A stretch of 38,781 bases of DNA from Chloroflexota bacterium (GTDB lineage: Bacteria; Chloroflexota; Chloroflexia; Thermomicrobiales; UBA6265), in NCBI GenBank assembly GCA_023424355.1, contig JAFAEA010000236.1, positions 1 through 38,781 of the forward strand, written 5' to 3'. Of this stretch, positions 7,803-15,096 are shown piece by piece. The position numbers were made by a program, and so were the translations under genes. The stretch's first letter is position 1. Every line of letters starts with the position of its first letter. The notes beneath the pieces were generated by a model. It ran no database searches. It saw nothing but the letters and a program-made list of their open reading frames with translations, and had not been told where the DNA came from.

Positions 7803-8932
7803 ATGAGGATCTCTTCCATCGCGTTTGCTGCAGGGCGCTGCATATCGACATCTACATGCGAGTACACATCGGCTGTGGTGGCCAGGCTGGTGTGTCCAAG
7901 GATGCTGGAGACGACTTTGATATTGATTCCTGATCGCAGCATGGCCGTGGCTGCCGTATGCCGGAGATCATGTAGTCGGCAATGTGGCACGTCAGCGAGA
8001 TCACACACGTTCTTATGCCATCGTGCGATGCTCGATTGTGGAAGCAGCAAACCGTTACCTCGATCGAACACAAGATCCGTTGAGACCCATTCTTCCGATC
8101 GCAGCCGGCGCTCATTCTGATCGACCTTCAGAAGCCGAAGTGCCTTGATCGCGATCTCGGGTATGGCGATAGTGCGAGTGCGACTGGTTTTGGTTGTGAC
8201 TCCAACGTGCTGACGAAAGTTCTCATCACGGGTGATGGTTCGTTGGCATGAGATTGTTCCCGCCGAGAGATCCACATCTGCCCACATGAGAGCGCGCATT
8301 TCGCCAGGTCTCAATCCCGTTGAGAGTGCCAGCGTATAGAAGGCGTTGAGCGTAGTATCACCTCGCACTACCTTCATCACGGCATTGATGTGTGATTCTG
8401 ACCACACCATACGCCCAGAACGTCGAAGAGTTGGCGTCATAGTACCTAGCACTGGATTCGAGTTGATCACGCCGAGTGCGATGATCTCCTTCATGGTTCC
8501 GTGCAGAATGATTCGCGAGTTGCGAACAGACGACGAACTGTATCGAGAGGCGAGATTGTCTATCCATCGCTGAACATCGTGCGGTGTGAGTTCCACGACT
8601 TTGCGTTTTCCGAGATGAGGGTAGAGGCGTGTCTCGGCAACCTGCTCATAGCTGGCGTAAGTATTGCTCGACCAGCGACGTTTCCCGCGCTCCAGATATT
8701 CGATCACTGCCTCTTTCACCGTCATCTGGGACGCTGGCGAATATCGTCCGGAACGCTTCAGGCGACCCACAGTGCGTAGATGGTCTTCCGCGTCCTCGAT
8801 GGTTCCGAAGGTCTTGGATCGCCATTTCGTGCCTTCCTGCCATCGCGCCTGATACCGAATCTCGCCCTCACTGGTTTGCCGCTCGGTGACAAAACCGTCG
8901 CCTCGCCTTACCTCGTGTTTTCGCCTTGCCAT
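7781..8932 (-). CDS. int: tyrosine recombinase / phage integrase
   Basis: 383 aa. Catalytic signature TGLRPGEMRAL ... CRLHDLRHTAATAML ... LGHTSLATTADVYSHV (R..HxxR..H..Y). Adjacent to the tRNA genes. Confidence 0.9.
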   Translation of the reverse strand: MARRKHEVRRGDGFVTERQTSEGEIRYQARWQEGTKWRSKTFGTIEDAEDHLRTVGRLKRSGRYSPASQMTVKEAVIEYLERGKRRWSSNTYASYEQVAETRLYPHLGKRKVVELTPHDVQRWIDNLASRYSSSSVRNSRIILHGTMKEIIALGVINSNPVLGTMTPTLRRSGRMVWSESHINAVMKVVRGDTTLNAFYTLALSTGLRPGEMRALMWADVDLSAGTISCQRTITRDENFRQHVGVTTKTSRTRTIAIPEIAIKALRLLKVDQNERRLRSEEWVSTDLVFDRGNGLLLPQSSIARWHKNVCDLADVPHCRLHDLRHTAATAMLRSGINIKVVSSILGHTSLATTADVYSHVDVDMQRPAANAMEEILMRESGGA

Positions 8933-9014
8933 ATCGCCCTCCAGTCAATTGCCCATGATGACTACCGCACAAAAACTGCTGATATATCAACAACCTGTGA
9001 CAATCTGGTACATC

Positions 9015-9043
9015 TTGCCTAATCAGAACAAGTGTTCTAAAGT
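9015..9043 (+). promoter_or_regulatory. sigma70-like promoter candidate with embedded inverted repeat
   Basis: TTGCCT (9015-9020), a 17-nt spacer, then TAAAGT (9038-9043). The spacer contains GAACA-ag-TGTTC (9026-9037). It lies about 45 nt upstream of the 9086 ORF. Confidence 0.35.
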
Positions 9044-9085
9044 CTGTTTCAGGAACGATGGTATCACAACAGATCGGAGCGACCA

Positions 9086-9490
9086 GTGATCAAGCGAACT
9101 CGTGTTTTTCGTAGCGTGACCGTGACCAAGGAGGATGGGCGAGAGGGCAAGTACTCGGCTCAAGTGATTGTCGAGACCAACATCGAAACGGGCGCGGTGG
9201 TCTTCAAGGTGGTATCGCAGGTGTTGCCGAAGAGATGCGCAAAGTTCCGGGGCTCGGGCAATCAAGCTGCTGACCAGGAGCACTTGATGAAGCTCTGTCA
9301 GGACATGTACGAGTTCGATCGAGGATATGGGCCACGACCGGTGCCGAAGCCTGGCGGAGGGAAGCGCAAGGGATCCACACGTATGGCTATTGCGCCAACG
9401 TGCACCAAGTGTGGCGGCGATGGTTGGTACGTCGATGAGACGGGATACGAGTTCACCTGCGAGTGTCGAGGCAAATATGCAGACTTCTGA
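9086..9490 (+). CDS. hypothetical protein with C-terminal CxxCxGxG-type zinc finger
   Basis: 134 aa with a GTG start after GGAGCG. The C-terminus is CTKCGGDGWYVDETGYEFTCEC. Confidence 0.55.
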   Translation: MIKRTRVFRSVTVTKEDGREGKYSAQVIVETNIETGAVVFKVVSQVLPKRCAKFRGSGNQAADQEHLMKLCQDMYEFDRGYGPRPVPKPGGGKRKGSTRMAIAPTCTKCGGDGWYVDETGYEFTCECRGKYADF

Positions 9491-9815
9491 AACACTGCCC
9501 AACTGGCCACCACCAGATGGCGAAGTCATCGGTGTCGAACGTGCTCGCGAATACGTGGCGTGGATCCGCGAGCATGTGGCTCCGCTTCTCAAAGAAGGCG
9601 AGCGGATACTGCGAGATCGGTTCGGTGACACGGGAGTGACAGCGGTGTCAGCTCGTGTCGATCAGATCGCAGAGTGGAAGCTTGATCCTCGATCGGAACG
9701 TCTTAACGTGGGCGTGCTGTATTGCTCCATCAAATCCGGCGCCTGGGCGATGCTGGACATCAATATCAAGCGGGATGGTCGGTTGGAGCTGCGGCCTGGG
9801 TGGAATATGCGGTGA
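9477..9815 (+). CDS. hypothetical protein
   Basis: The ATG at 9477 (frame open from 9327) overlaps the end of the upstream ORF by 14 nt. Length 112 aa. Confidence 0.5.
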   Translation: MQTSETLPNWPPPDGEVIGVERAREYVAWIREHVAPLLKEGERILRDRFGDTGVTAVSARVDQIAEWKLDPRSERLNVGVLYCSIKSGAWAMLDINIKRDGRLELRPGWNMR

Positions 9816-9838
9816 GGAAACTATCGAGGTAGGAGCAC

Positions 9839-10207
9839 TTAAATGTGTTTTTCCTTCTGCACTCTTCCGATAATCTTCAACGCAGAAGCTCTGTGGCTCT
9901 CATAGTCGCCCATCAGTGTATCTATCGTCATATAGAGATCGTAATCTGCGGAGTTGCGAGCTTCTCTGAGCTGATTCAAATCGTCGGCCAGGTTCTCGTC
10001 AATCGATTCGAGTGCAGTTATGACGTCTCCGTGGACCTTAGAGCCTTTTCCGAAGCTAACGGACCTATCTCTCGCGAAAAAATCCCGACAAACCAGAAAT
10101 GTCGCATAGTAGAGACGGCTCATTGCGGTGCGCTGTTCAGCCTCTGAGCACGTACCCCAGCAATTCTTGCTTGCAACATCCAAGAATCCCATGGGATCGA
10201 ACATCAC
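9839..10207 (-). CDS. HEPN-like (UPF0332-type) small protein, candidate toxin/effector
   Basis: 122 aa. The pattern SRLYYATFLVCRDFF ... KVHGDVITALES ... LNQLREARNSADYD matches my recollection of the helical HEPN/UPF0332 profile (YYA..., H-containing helix, R-x3-ADY). 4-nt overlap with the upstream gene. AT-richer than the phage backbone. Confidence 0.6.
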   Translation of the reverse strand: MMFDPMGFLDVASKNCWGTCSEAEQRTAMSRLYYATFLVCRDFFARDRSVSFGKGSKVHGDVITALESIDENLADDLNQLREARNSADYDLYMTIDTLMGDYESHRASALKIIGRVQKEKHI

Positions 10208-10662
10208 TCAATGACTCTCAAAATGATCGGTGTCACCAATTGGCAATCCCCCGGGTATTCTGATTTGTATTCGGCCCGAATATCGGATTTTGCAATCTCG
10301 AACTCTTGATCAGGCAGACGAATGCGAAGGTAAAGTGAAAGCTTTACTTCATCGTCGATGTTAGTCGAAAGACGAACCTCGCCAACGGAGAGATCATCAC
10401 GGCTGGCGAATTGTTCAGCGATCGTGATGAGAGAAATGATCTGCTCAAGTGCAAGGGGATTGTTGTCAATGAAGTCTCTTACCGCTGCTCGATGATGTAG
10501 GGGGGCCGAGTCGATTGAAGCTTGAGCTTCGGCAGGAACAAGAATCGATCTGCGAGCCGCAACCCTATCCATTCCAGTTGACGGCCATGCCCATACCTTA
10601 TCGCTCGCACCCAGGGCACTTGCGAGGGTTTCTATCACTTGGTATTGGGTCAGTCTATTCAT
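10204..10662 (-). CDS. hypothetical protein, partner of HEPN-like gene
   Basis: 152 aa. Overlaps the downstream HEPN-like gene by 4 nt (ATGA-type) and the upstream ORF by 8 nt. I could find no nucleotidyltransferase (GS...DxD) motif. Confidence 0.65.
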   Translation of the reverse strand: MNRLTQYQVIETLASALGASDKVWAWPSTGMDRVAARRSILVPAEAQASIDSAPLHHRAAVRDFIDNNPLALEQIISLITIAEQFASRDDLSVGEVRLSTNIDDEVKLSLYLRIRLPDQEFEIAKSDIRAEYKSEYPGDCQLVTPIILRVIE

Positions 10663-11131
10663 CTATGTCACCTTCATCCAACTTGCTCTTAGCAGATACC
10701 ATCTCAATGCCTTCATCGAACCCTTCTCGATCAAGGAATTTTTTGATGGCACTATTCAAGGCAGTGCGCGCTGACCTTCTGGACTTGCTTGTGGTGATCT
10801 TTTTCTCGTTGTGGCCGTCAATGAGACTGCAATACCACGCCTCATCGGTTTTTAGAATGACGAACCCCGCCATCGCGGATTCTCCATCCTTTCCAACTAC
10901 CCTCATTTGAAGTACATTGTTTGAAACAAGCATTTCCTCGAGCAGCTCGTCCCTTTTCTGGTCATATGAGAGCTCTTGCTTGTCACCCACTGCGAATACC
11001 TCTCTATAGTGCCGCAAGTCGCAATCTTCTAGGACGGTCCTTCTGGATCCGTCGCTTGGAACTAGCACCCGTTCGTTTCTGCATTGTGGTTTACAAACGG
11101 CACTGATGTCAATAATTATTGACGCCTCCAC
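10655..11131 (-). CDS. hypothetical acidic-tailed protein (start uncertain)
   Basis: The frame is open to a TTG at 11251 (198 aa), but codons upstream of about 11116 look like the out-of-frame shadow of a GC3-rich 59-aa ORF. Candidate starts are GTG 11131 (coupled to that ORF) or GTG 10990 (preceded by GAGAGG, 8-nt spacing). The C-terminus DEGIEMVSAKSKLDEGDIDE is acidic. Confidence 0.5.
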   Translation of the reverse strand: MEASIIIDISAVCKPQCRNERVLVPSDGSRRTVLEDCDLRHYREVFAVGDKQELSYDQKRDELLEEMLVSNNVLQMRVVGKDGESAMAGFVILKTDEAWYCSLIDGHNEKKITTSKSRRSARTALNSAIKKFLDREGFDEGIEMVSAKSKLDEGDIDE

Positions 11132-11295
11132 ACAATCACGCCGTTCCCCACATGCTTGAACGTCGCCGGCTTCGGTGAGCACGGCTCGAAGCGATGGTCG
11201 CCCTGGGCATATCGGTCGTGCACGTCTCGGCGATACCCGCAGTGGCGGCAATAGGCGCCGTTCATCGGGAGCGGGCGGCGGGGTGGGGTGGTCAT
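11116..11295 (-). CDS. 59-aa zinc-ribbon-like protein (MTTPPRRPLPMNGAYCRHCGYRRDVHDRYAQGDHRFEPCSPKPATFKHVGNGVIVWRRQ)
   Basis: Just below the ORF-track cutoff. The ATG lies 3 nt after the TAA of the 331-aa gene. Third codon positions are strongly G/C-rich, unlike its AT-richer neighbours. CxxC...H...C pattern. Confidence 0.5.
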   Translation of the reverse strand: MTTPPRRPLPMNGAYCRHCGYRRDVHDRYAQGDHRFEPCSPKPATFKHVGNGVIVWRRQ

Positions 11296-11298
11296 GGG

Positions 11299-12294
11299 TT
11301 AGGGGCGATCTTCATGCGGTATATGGGAATATTCAGTCACATCGCCCACTGACTTCTTTTGTGGATCCCAAGACCCTGGGATGTCGCTTGAAGATGGAAT
11401 CGCAACTGTTGGGTCGTAAGGATAGCCAGCTACAATCGTTTCAATAGCGGTAATTGCATCAATATCCAATCCCCCACTCATGAACGACAGCACATGCCAA
11501 TCATGACGAACAAACACAATTGCAGTTGCTCCGGTTCCATTTTGGACCGCGCAAGTTTGATCACCCTCTATTCCTGTGTCTGCCCAATGCGCAGTGTCTC
11601 CGGTGCTTATGAAGTAGGCGGCGGCTTCATCACACATGCCCTGAAACGCGTCCGAGGCACTGGTGGCATCGACAAATTCATAGGAGGTGATGACAAGGAG
11701 GAGAGGCGAACCAGCAGCGGGGGATTTTGCGACCAGGCCTATTTGGGTAACCCGATCGGCCTGGGGGACGTAAGCGATTGGTTCAAGTGGTTTTTCTGAT
11801 TGGGAAACTGGTGGTTCACTGTCATCGGAAGGCACTTCTCCTCTTTCATCGGACAGGAGATAGAGGTTTGCTCCGTTCTTCAGATTTTCGAGAATACGGA
11901 AGTTCACTCTTTCGAGCTGGATCCCAAGCAATGAGAATTCATATCCCGATGTTTGGGGAAGCTCAACGTCAAACTCGTAGTAGCAGCCTCTATGCTTGTT
12001 ACCATTGTCGAATGTAGCGGTTGCTTCCATGCCCGTGGGAATATCGAATTTGAACTGATGGTCACCATCCCAACTCATCACTTCGAGACGAGCGGGCTGT
12101 CCAAAGTCGTCAACCTGGCAAGTTGCTGTATCCAGAGAAGAGACTTCATCGCTGACGAACAGCTTGATCGTCAGGACCAGCGAAGTTGAAGTGGACTGGT
12201 TGCTGTCTCTTGTGCCACGCTGGCCAGCCGTCATATTGACCGGGATCACCAGGAGTACAGAGATCACGATTGGCACAAGATATCTAGCCACCAT
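11299..12294 (-). CDS. signal-anchored / secreted protein of unknown function
   Basis: 331 aa. AGGAGG lies about 5 nt upstream of the ATG, and the stop of the repressor gene is embedded in that SD (9-nt intergenic gap). N-terminal hydrophobic helix (YLVPIVISVLLVIPV), two beta-rich regions joined by an acidic/Pro linker (SDDSEPPVSQSEKPLEP). Confidence 0.75.
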   Translation of the reverse strand: MVARYLVPIVISVLLVIPVNMTAGQRGTRDSNQSTSTSLVLTIKLFVSDEVSSLDTATCQVDDFGQPARLEVMSWDGDHQFKFDIPTGMEATATFDNGNKHRGCYYEFDVELPQTSGYEFSLLGIQLERVNFRILENLKNGANLYLLSDERGEVPSDDSEPPVSQSEKPLEPIAYVPQADRVTQIGLVAKSPAAGSPLLLVITSYEFVDATSASDAFQGMCDEAAAYFISTGDTAHWADTGIEGDQTCAVQNGTGATAIVFVRHDWHVLSFMSGGLDIDAITAIETIVAGYPYDPTVAIPSSSDIPGSWDPQKKSVGDVTEYSHIPHEDRP

Positions 12295-12303
12295 ACATTC
12301 CTC

Positions 12304-12681
12304 CTAATTTCGCTTCTTCAACATCCGGCCATATCCCTCAACCACATATCGTATGTGATCGATATCTTCCTCATCGAAATCGTATCTATCGAGTACTGGT
12401 CGCAGAGCAGCGATGGCGGGCGAATCTCCTTCTTTCCCAGTCTCAATGTCATATCCAGCGGCGGCAAGAATATCGGCGGACGACACCCTCAGCGCTTTTG
12501 ACAAAGCAAGAACATCCTCGGGAGGGGGTAGCTCTTTTGCCGCCCCTCGTTCAATTCGAGATACCCAATTTTGGGACTTGCCAATTGCGTTGGCCAGCTC
12601 CATCTGACTTTGGAAACCTGCGGATATTCGACTGGTTGCTATGAAGTTGCCCAATTTGTCCATGCTCCTAGTTTTGCTCAT
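12304..12681 (-). CDS. XRE-family helix-turn-helix repressor (CI-like)
   Basis: 125 aa. HTH segment SQMELANAIGKSQNWVSRIERG. Divergent from the Cro/Xis-like genes across a 96-nt promoter region. No SD before the ATG at 12681, so it may be leaderless. No S24 peptidase domain. Confidence 0.85.
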   Translation of the reverse strand: MSKTRSMDKLGNFIATSRISAGFQSQMELANAIGKSQNWVSRIERGAAKELPPPEDVLALSKALRVSSADILAAAGYDIETGKEGDSPAIAALRPVLDRYDFDEEDIDHIRYVVEGYGRMLKKRN

Positions 12682-12691
12682 TAGATAACTA

Positions 12692-12720
12692 TTGACAATC
12701 GCATAGTGAGTAGTTACTAT
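12692..12720 (+). promoter_or_regulatory. rightward early promoter candidate in the genetic switch
   Basis: TTGACA (12692-12697), a 17-nt spacer, then TACTAT (12715-12720). It is flanked or overlapped by the direct repeats TAACTATTG (12686-12694) and TTACTATTG (12714-12722), which are operator candidates. Confidence 0.45.
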
Positions 12721-12777
12721 TGGGTTACCGCGAGATGAGACGTAAGTATTCTCTCTCGATAGCTAAGGAGTGAGTCC

Positions 12778-12981
12778 GTGAGTCGCATGATCGTTATGGA
12801 CCCCGACACCAAGAAGAACGTAACCCTGGTGCTGACATGGGGCATTGATGCCTGGCTCAAAGAGCAGGCAGATATTCGCAGTGAGCGAGAAGGCAAGCGC
12901 GTTTCCAACGCAGTCATTGCTCGTGAGGTTTTCGAGAATGCCATGCGCGAATCCGAAGCCAAGTCCGGAAAGGCGGCATAG
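12778..12981 (+). CDS. small Cro-like / ribbon-helix-helix-like regulator
   Basis: 67 aa. GTG start 7 nt after AAGGAG (alternative ATG at 12787). First gene of the rightward operon, divergent from the repressor. Confidence 0.6.
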   Translation: MSRMIVMDPDTKKNVTLVLTWGIDAWLKEQADIRSEREGKRVSNAVIAREVFENAMRESEAKSGKAA

Positions 12982-13224
12982 ATGAGTGAGTTCGTGCCGA
13001 TCGAGGAGGTCATGCAGGCGCTTCAACTGACGAAGCGCCAGGTCTACCGCGATATCGACCAAGAGCGAATCCCTGGATTCTTTCGATACACCGGCAAGAG
13101 AAACCGAACCGCCTACGTGCTGCGCCATGAGTGGAACCTATTCCTCCGTCGTGAGTGGACGCCGAAGAGTGATCGGCCACGAGTTGGACTCCATGAGGTG
13201 CCGCGACTCGAAAAGGTGAGCTGA
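12982..13224 (+). CDS. excisionase-like / MerR-type HTH DNA-binding protein
   Basis: 80 aa. IEEVMQALQLTKRQVYRDIDQERIPGF resembles the Xis/AlpA-type HTH. The start immediately follows the upstream TAG. Confidence 0.55.
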   Translation: MSEFVPIEEVMQALQLTKRQVYRDIDQERIPGFFRYTGKRNRTAYVLRHEWNLFLRREWTPKSDRPRVGLHEVPRLEKVS

Positions 13225-13228
13225 TCAT

Positions 13229-13297
13229 CCTGATCCGGAGCTCAACCTTGAGGGCAATCCCTGCTGTAGCGGTGGAGATTGAGGGCTCCGGATCAGG
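13229..13297. repeat. 13-bp perfect inverted repeat with 43-nt spacer
   Basis: CCTGATCCGGAGC (13229-13241) and GCTCCGGATCAGG (13285-13297), in the intergenic region after the Xis-like gene. Confidence 0.5.
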
Positions 13298-13371
13298 GCG
13301 ATCGGCCCCACCTAGAGAGTACGGGATGCAAATCCACAGTTGATATATGCGCAGGAAGGGAGGTGAGACAC

Positions 13372-13677
13372 ATGGCACAGGCACCACGCATCACAAAGGA
13401 GACGGCGATTCGAACCGAGCTCGCATTTGATGCACTAACCGAAGGGCTGTCCGATGGAGTGCTCTGCGAGATCGAGCAATCCAACGTGATCCGACTGTTG
13501 TTCGACGCTCAGGCGAGCGCGACTCGATCAGATCTGGCAGCTCAGATCGCAGTGGGCGGTATGCGCGGCAGCATCGAGAGGCGGCATCACCAGGATTTGG
13601 TGAATGAGTTCACTCGACTCGGCTCGATCATGTCGCCGTTACCAGCGGAAGACATGGAACCGCTCGACGCGGCGTAG
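13372..13677 (+). CDS. hypothetical protein
   Basis: The ATG at 13372 follows GGAAGGGAGGTGAG (frame open from 13279). Length 101 aa. Confidence 0.55.
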   Translation: MAQAPRITKETAIRTELAFDALTEGLSDGVLCEIEQSNVIRLLFDAQASATRSDLAAQIAVGGMRGSIERRHHQDLVNEFTRLGSIMSPLPAEDMEPLDAA

Positions 13678-13745
13678 GCGAAACCCTGACCGGGTCGGAC
13701 CGATCAGGGCTTCAAGACAAGAGATTGACAACTGGAGTATACCAA

Positions 13746-14147
13746 ATGGACCAACAAAACGCTGAAAACACATCCCAGGCGCGACCTCTCGCAGACATTC
13801 TGCTTGAGCTCAAGTCTGCCCGTGAGCGCAGGGCCGCGATTGATCTTCAGATGGCAGACGCCATTGGGTGGGAAGCCAACCTCAAGGACGAGATCCGATT
13901 GGCGATGGAATCCCAGGGCGTGAAGACCTTCGAAGGTCATGGCCTGCAGATCCAGTCCAAGGTTCGCCGAGGGGTAGAGGTGACCGATCGAGAAGCATTG
14001 GTTGCCGGTTGCGCGATGGCTGGGAAGTATCAGGACTTCCTCAAGTTCGACGAGGTGCGTGCCAAGAAGGCCGCGCTCGAAAACGACTGGCCGGGCGTGA
14101 CACGCACCGAGACTCAGTATCTCGCGATTGTCGAGGTGAAGTCATGA
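13746..14147 (+). CDS. hypothetical coiled-coil protein (Gam / Gp157-like position in recombination module)
   Basis: ATG at 13746 (frame open from TTG 13725). Length 133 aa. N-terminal coiled coil then KTFEGHGLQIQSKVRRGVEVTD. It lies upstream of RecT. The family assignment is tentative. Confidence 0.5.
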   Translation: MDQQNAENTSQARPLADILLELKSARERRAAIDLQMADAIGWEANLKDEIRLAMESQGVKTFEGHGLQIQSKVRRGVEVTDREALVAGCAMAGKYQDFLKFDEVRAKKAALENDWPGVTRTETQYLAIVEVKS

Positions 14148-14410
14148 GTAGCGCGACCATCATCAGCTTCCCCGGCAGCAACGTCATCATCAATCACGTA
14201 TCGCGCTATGAGCGCGGCGACCAGACATTCTGGCGCCGCGCATGCCGCGATGCTGGTGTTCCAGGCGTGAATATCTGTCCGAAGTGTGACGACTCCGGCA
14301 TTGTTCCGAACTGCGAATGGCCAGACACCGATGACTTCACGGATTGTCCGCTGTGCTCGCAATCGGGCCCGATGAACCTTCCAGATCAGGGTGAGGTGCA
14401 AGATGCGTGA
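14144..14410 (+). CDS. small zinc-finger protein
   Basis: ATGA overlap with the upstream gene. Length 88 aa. CPKCDDSG ... CPLC. Confidence 0.55.
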   Translation: MSSATIISFPGSNVIINHVSRYERGDQTFWRRACRDAGVPGVNICPKCDDSGIVPNCEWPDTDDFTDCPLCSQSGPMNLPDQGEVQDA

Positions 14411-15083
14411 GATGTGCCGCTGGTGCTTTGGCACCGGCAAGGTTGACGCTGAGCGCTTCTTTAAGACTGACCTTTTGGGCAACGCCATCACGGGGCAGGT
14501 CGAATGCGGCCAGTGCCACGGGAGGGGCTATCAGGATTGGGTGGCGCAGGAGCTTCATGCGTTTCAGCTTGAGACCAACCAGAAGATTCTTCGCAAGGCG
14601 GTTGATCTCGGTGGCTCCGCCCAGTCGCGCGAAAGCAAAATGTTCGGCGTCACTGAGATCCGAGAGGGAAAGATCACGCATGTGTATTTCAAGCCCAAGG
14701 CTGTTTGCGAACTGCTGGGTTTGATCTTCCCTGGTGATGTCGAAGACATGGAGCGCACGATCGCTTCCGCCCGATACGGGATCGAAAGTGATTGGGTAGT
14801 GAAGCCACTCACCGAGATCGACGAGGAGCAGCTTCCAGCCGATCAGATCCGCCGTAATGGCATCACCTGCAAGGCTCTGCAGCTTCAGTTGAATCAACAG
14901 TACCGATTCACTGAGTGGGATGACCTCTGCAAACCGTTCAAGCGAAATGACCGGTTCTATTCGCCGATCCTGCGTCTCAAAGACGACGTGTGGAACATCC
15001 GGCGAGGCCGCGATGTGAAGTCGCAATGGCGAGCTGCAGTGGAGGCAGTCAGGGCGTCCACCAGCGAAGCAAAAGCCGCCTAA
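14403..15083 (+). CDS. protein with N-terminal DnaJ-type CxxCxGxG zinc fingers; C-terminal domain unknown
   Basis: ATG 14403 overlaps the upstream gene by 8 nt. CRWCFGTGK and CGQCHGRGY motifs. Length 226 aa. Confidence 0.6.
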   Translation: MREMCRWCFGTGKVDAERFFKTDLLGNAITGQVECGQCHGRGYQDWVAQELHAFQLETNQKILRKAVDLGGSAQSRESKMFGVTEIREGKITHVYFKPKAVCELLGLIFPGDVEDMERTIASARYGIESDWVVKPLTEIDEEQLPADQIRRNGITCKALQLQLNQQYRFTEWDDLCKPFKRNDRFYSPILRLKDDVWNIRRGRDVKSQWRAAVEAVRASTSEAKAA

Positions 15084-15096
15084 GGAGTAAATGATC

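Noticed and set aside
7716-8120. 134-aa + strand ORF
   Set aside because: It starts in the CACGC repeat array and runs antisense to the integrase C-terminal catalytic domain.
11175-11447. 90-aa + strand ORF in the accessory island
   Set aside because: It is antisense to the 59-aa and 331-aa minus-strand genes. Its product is Gly/Arg-rich low complexity.
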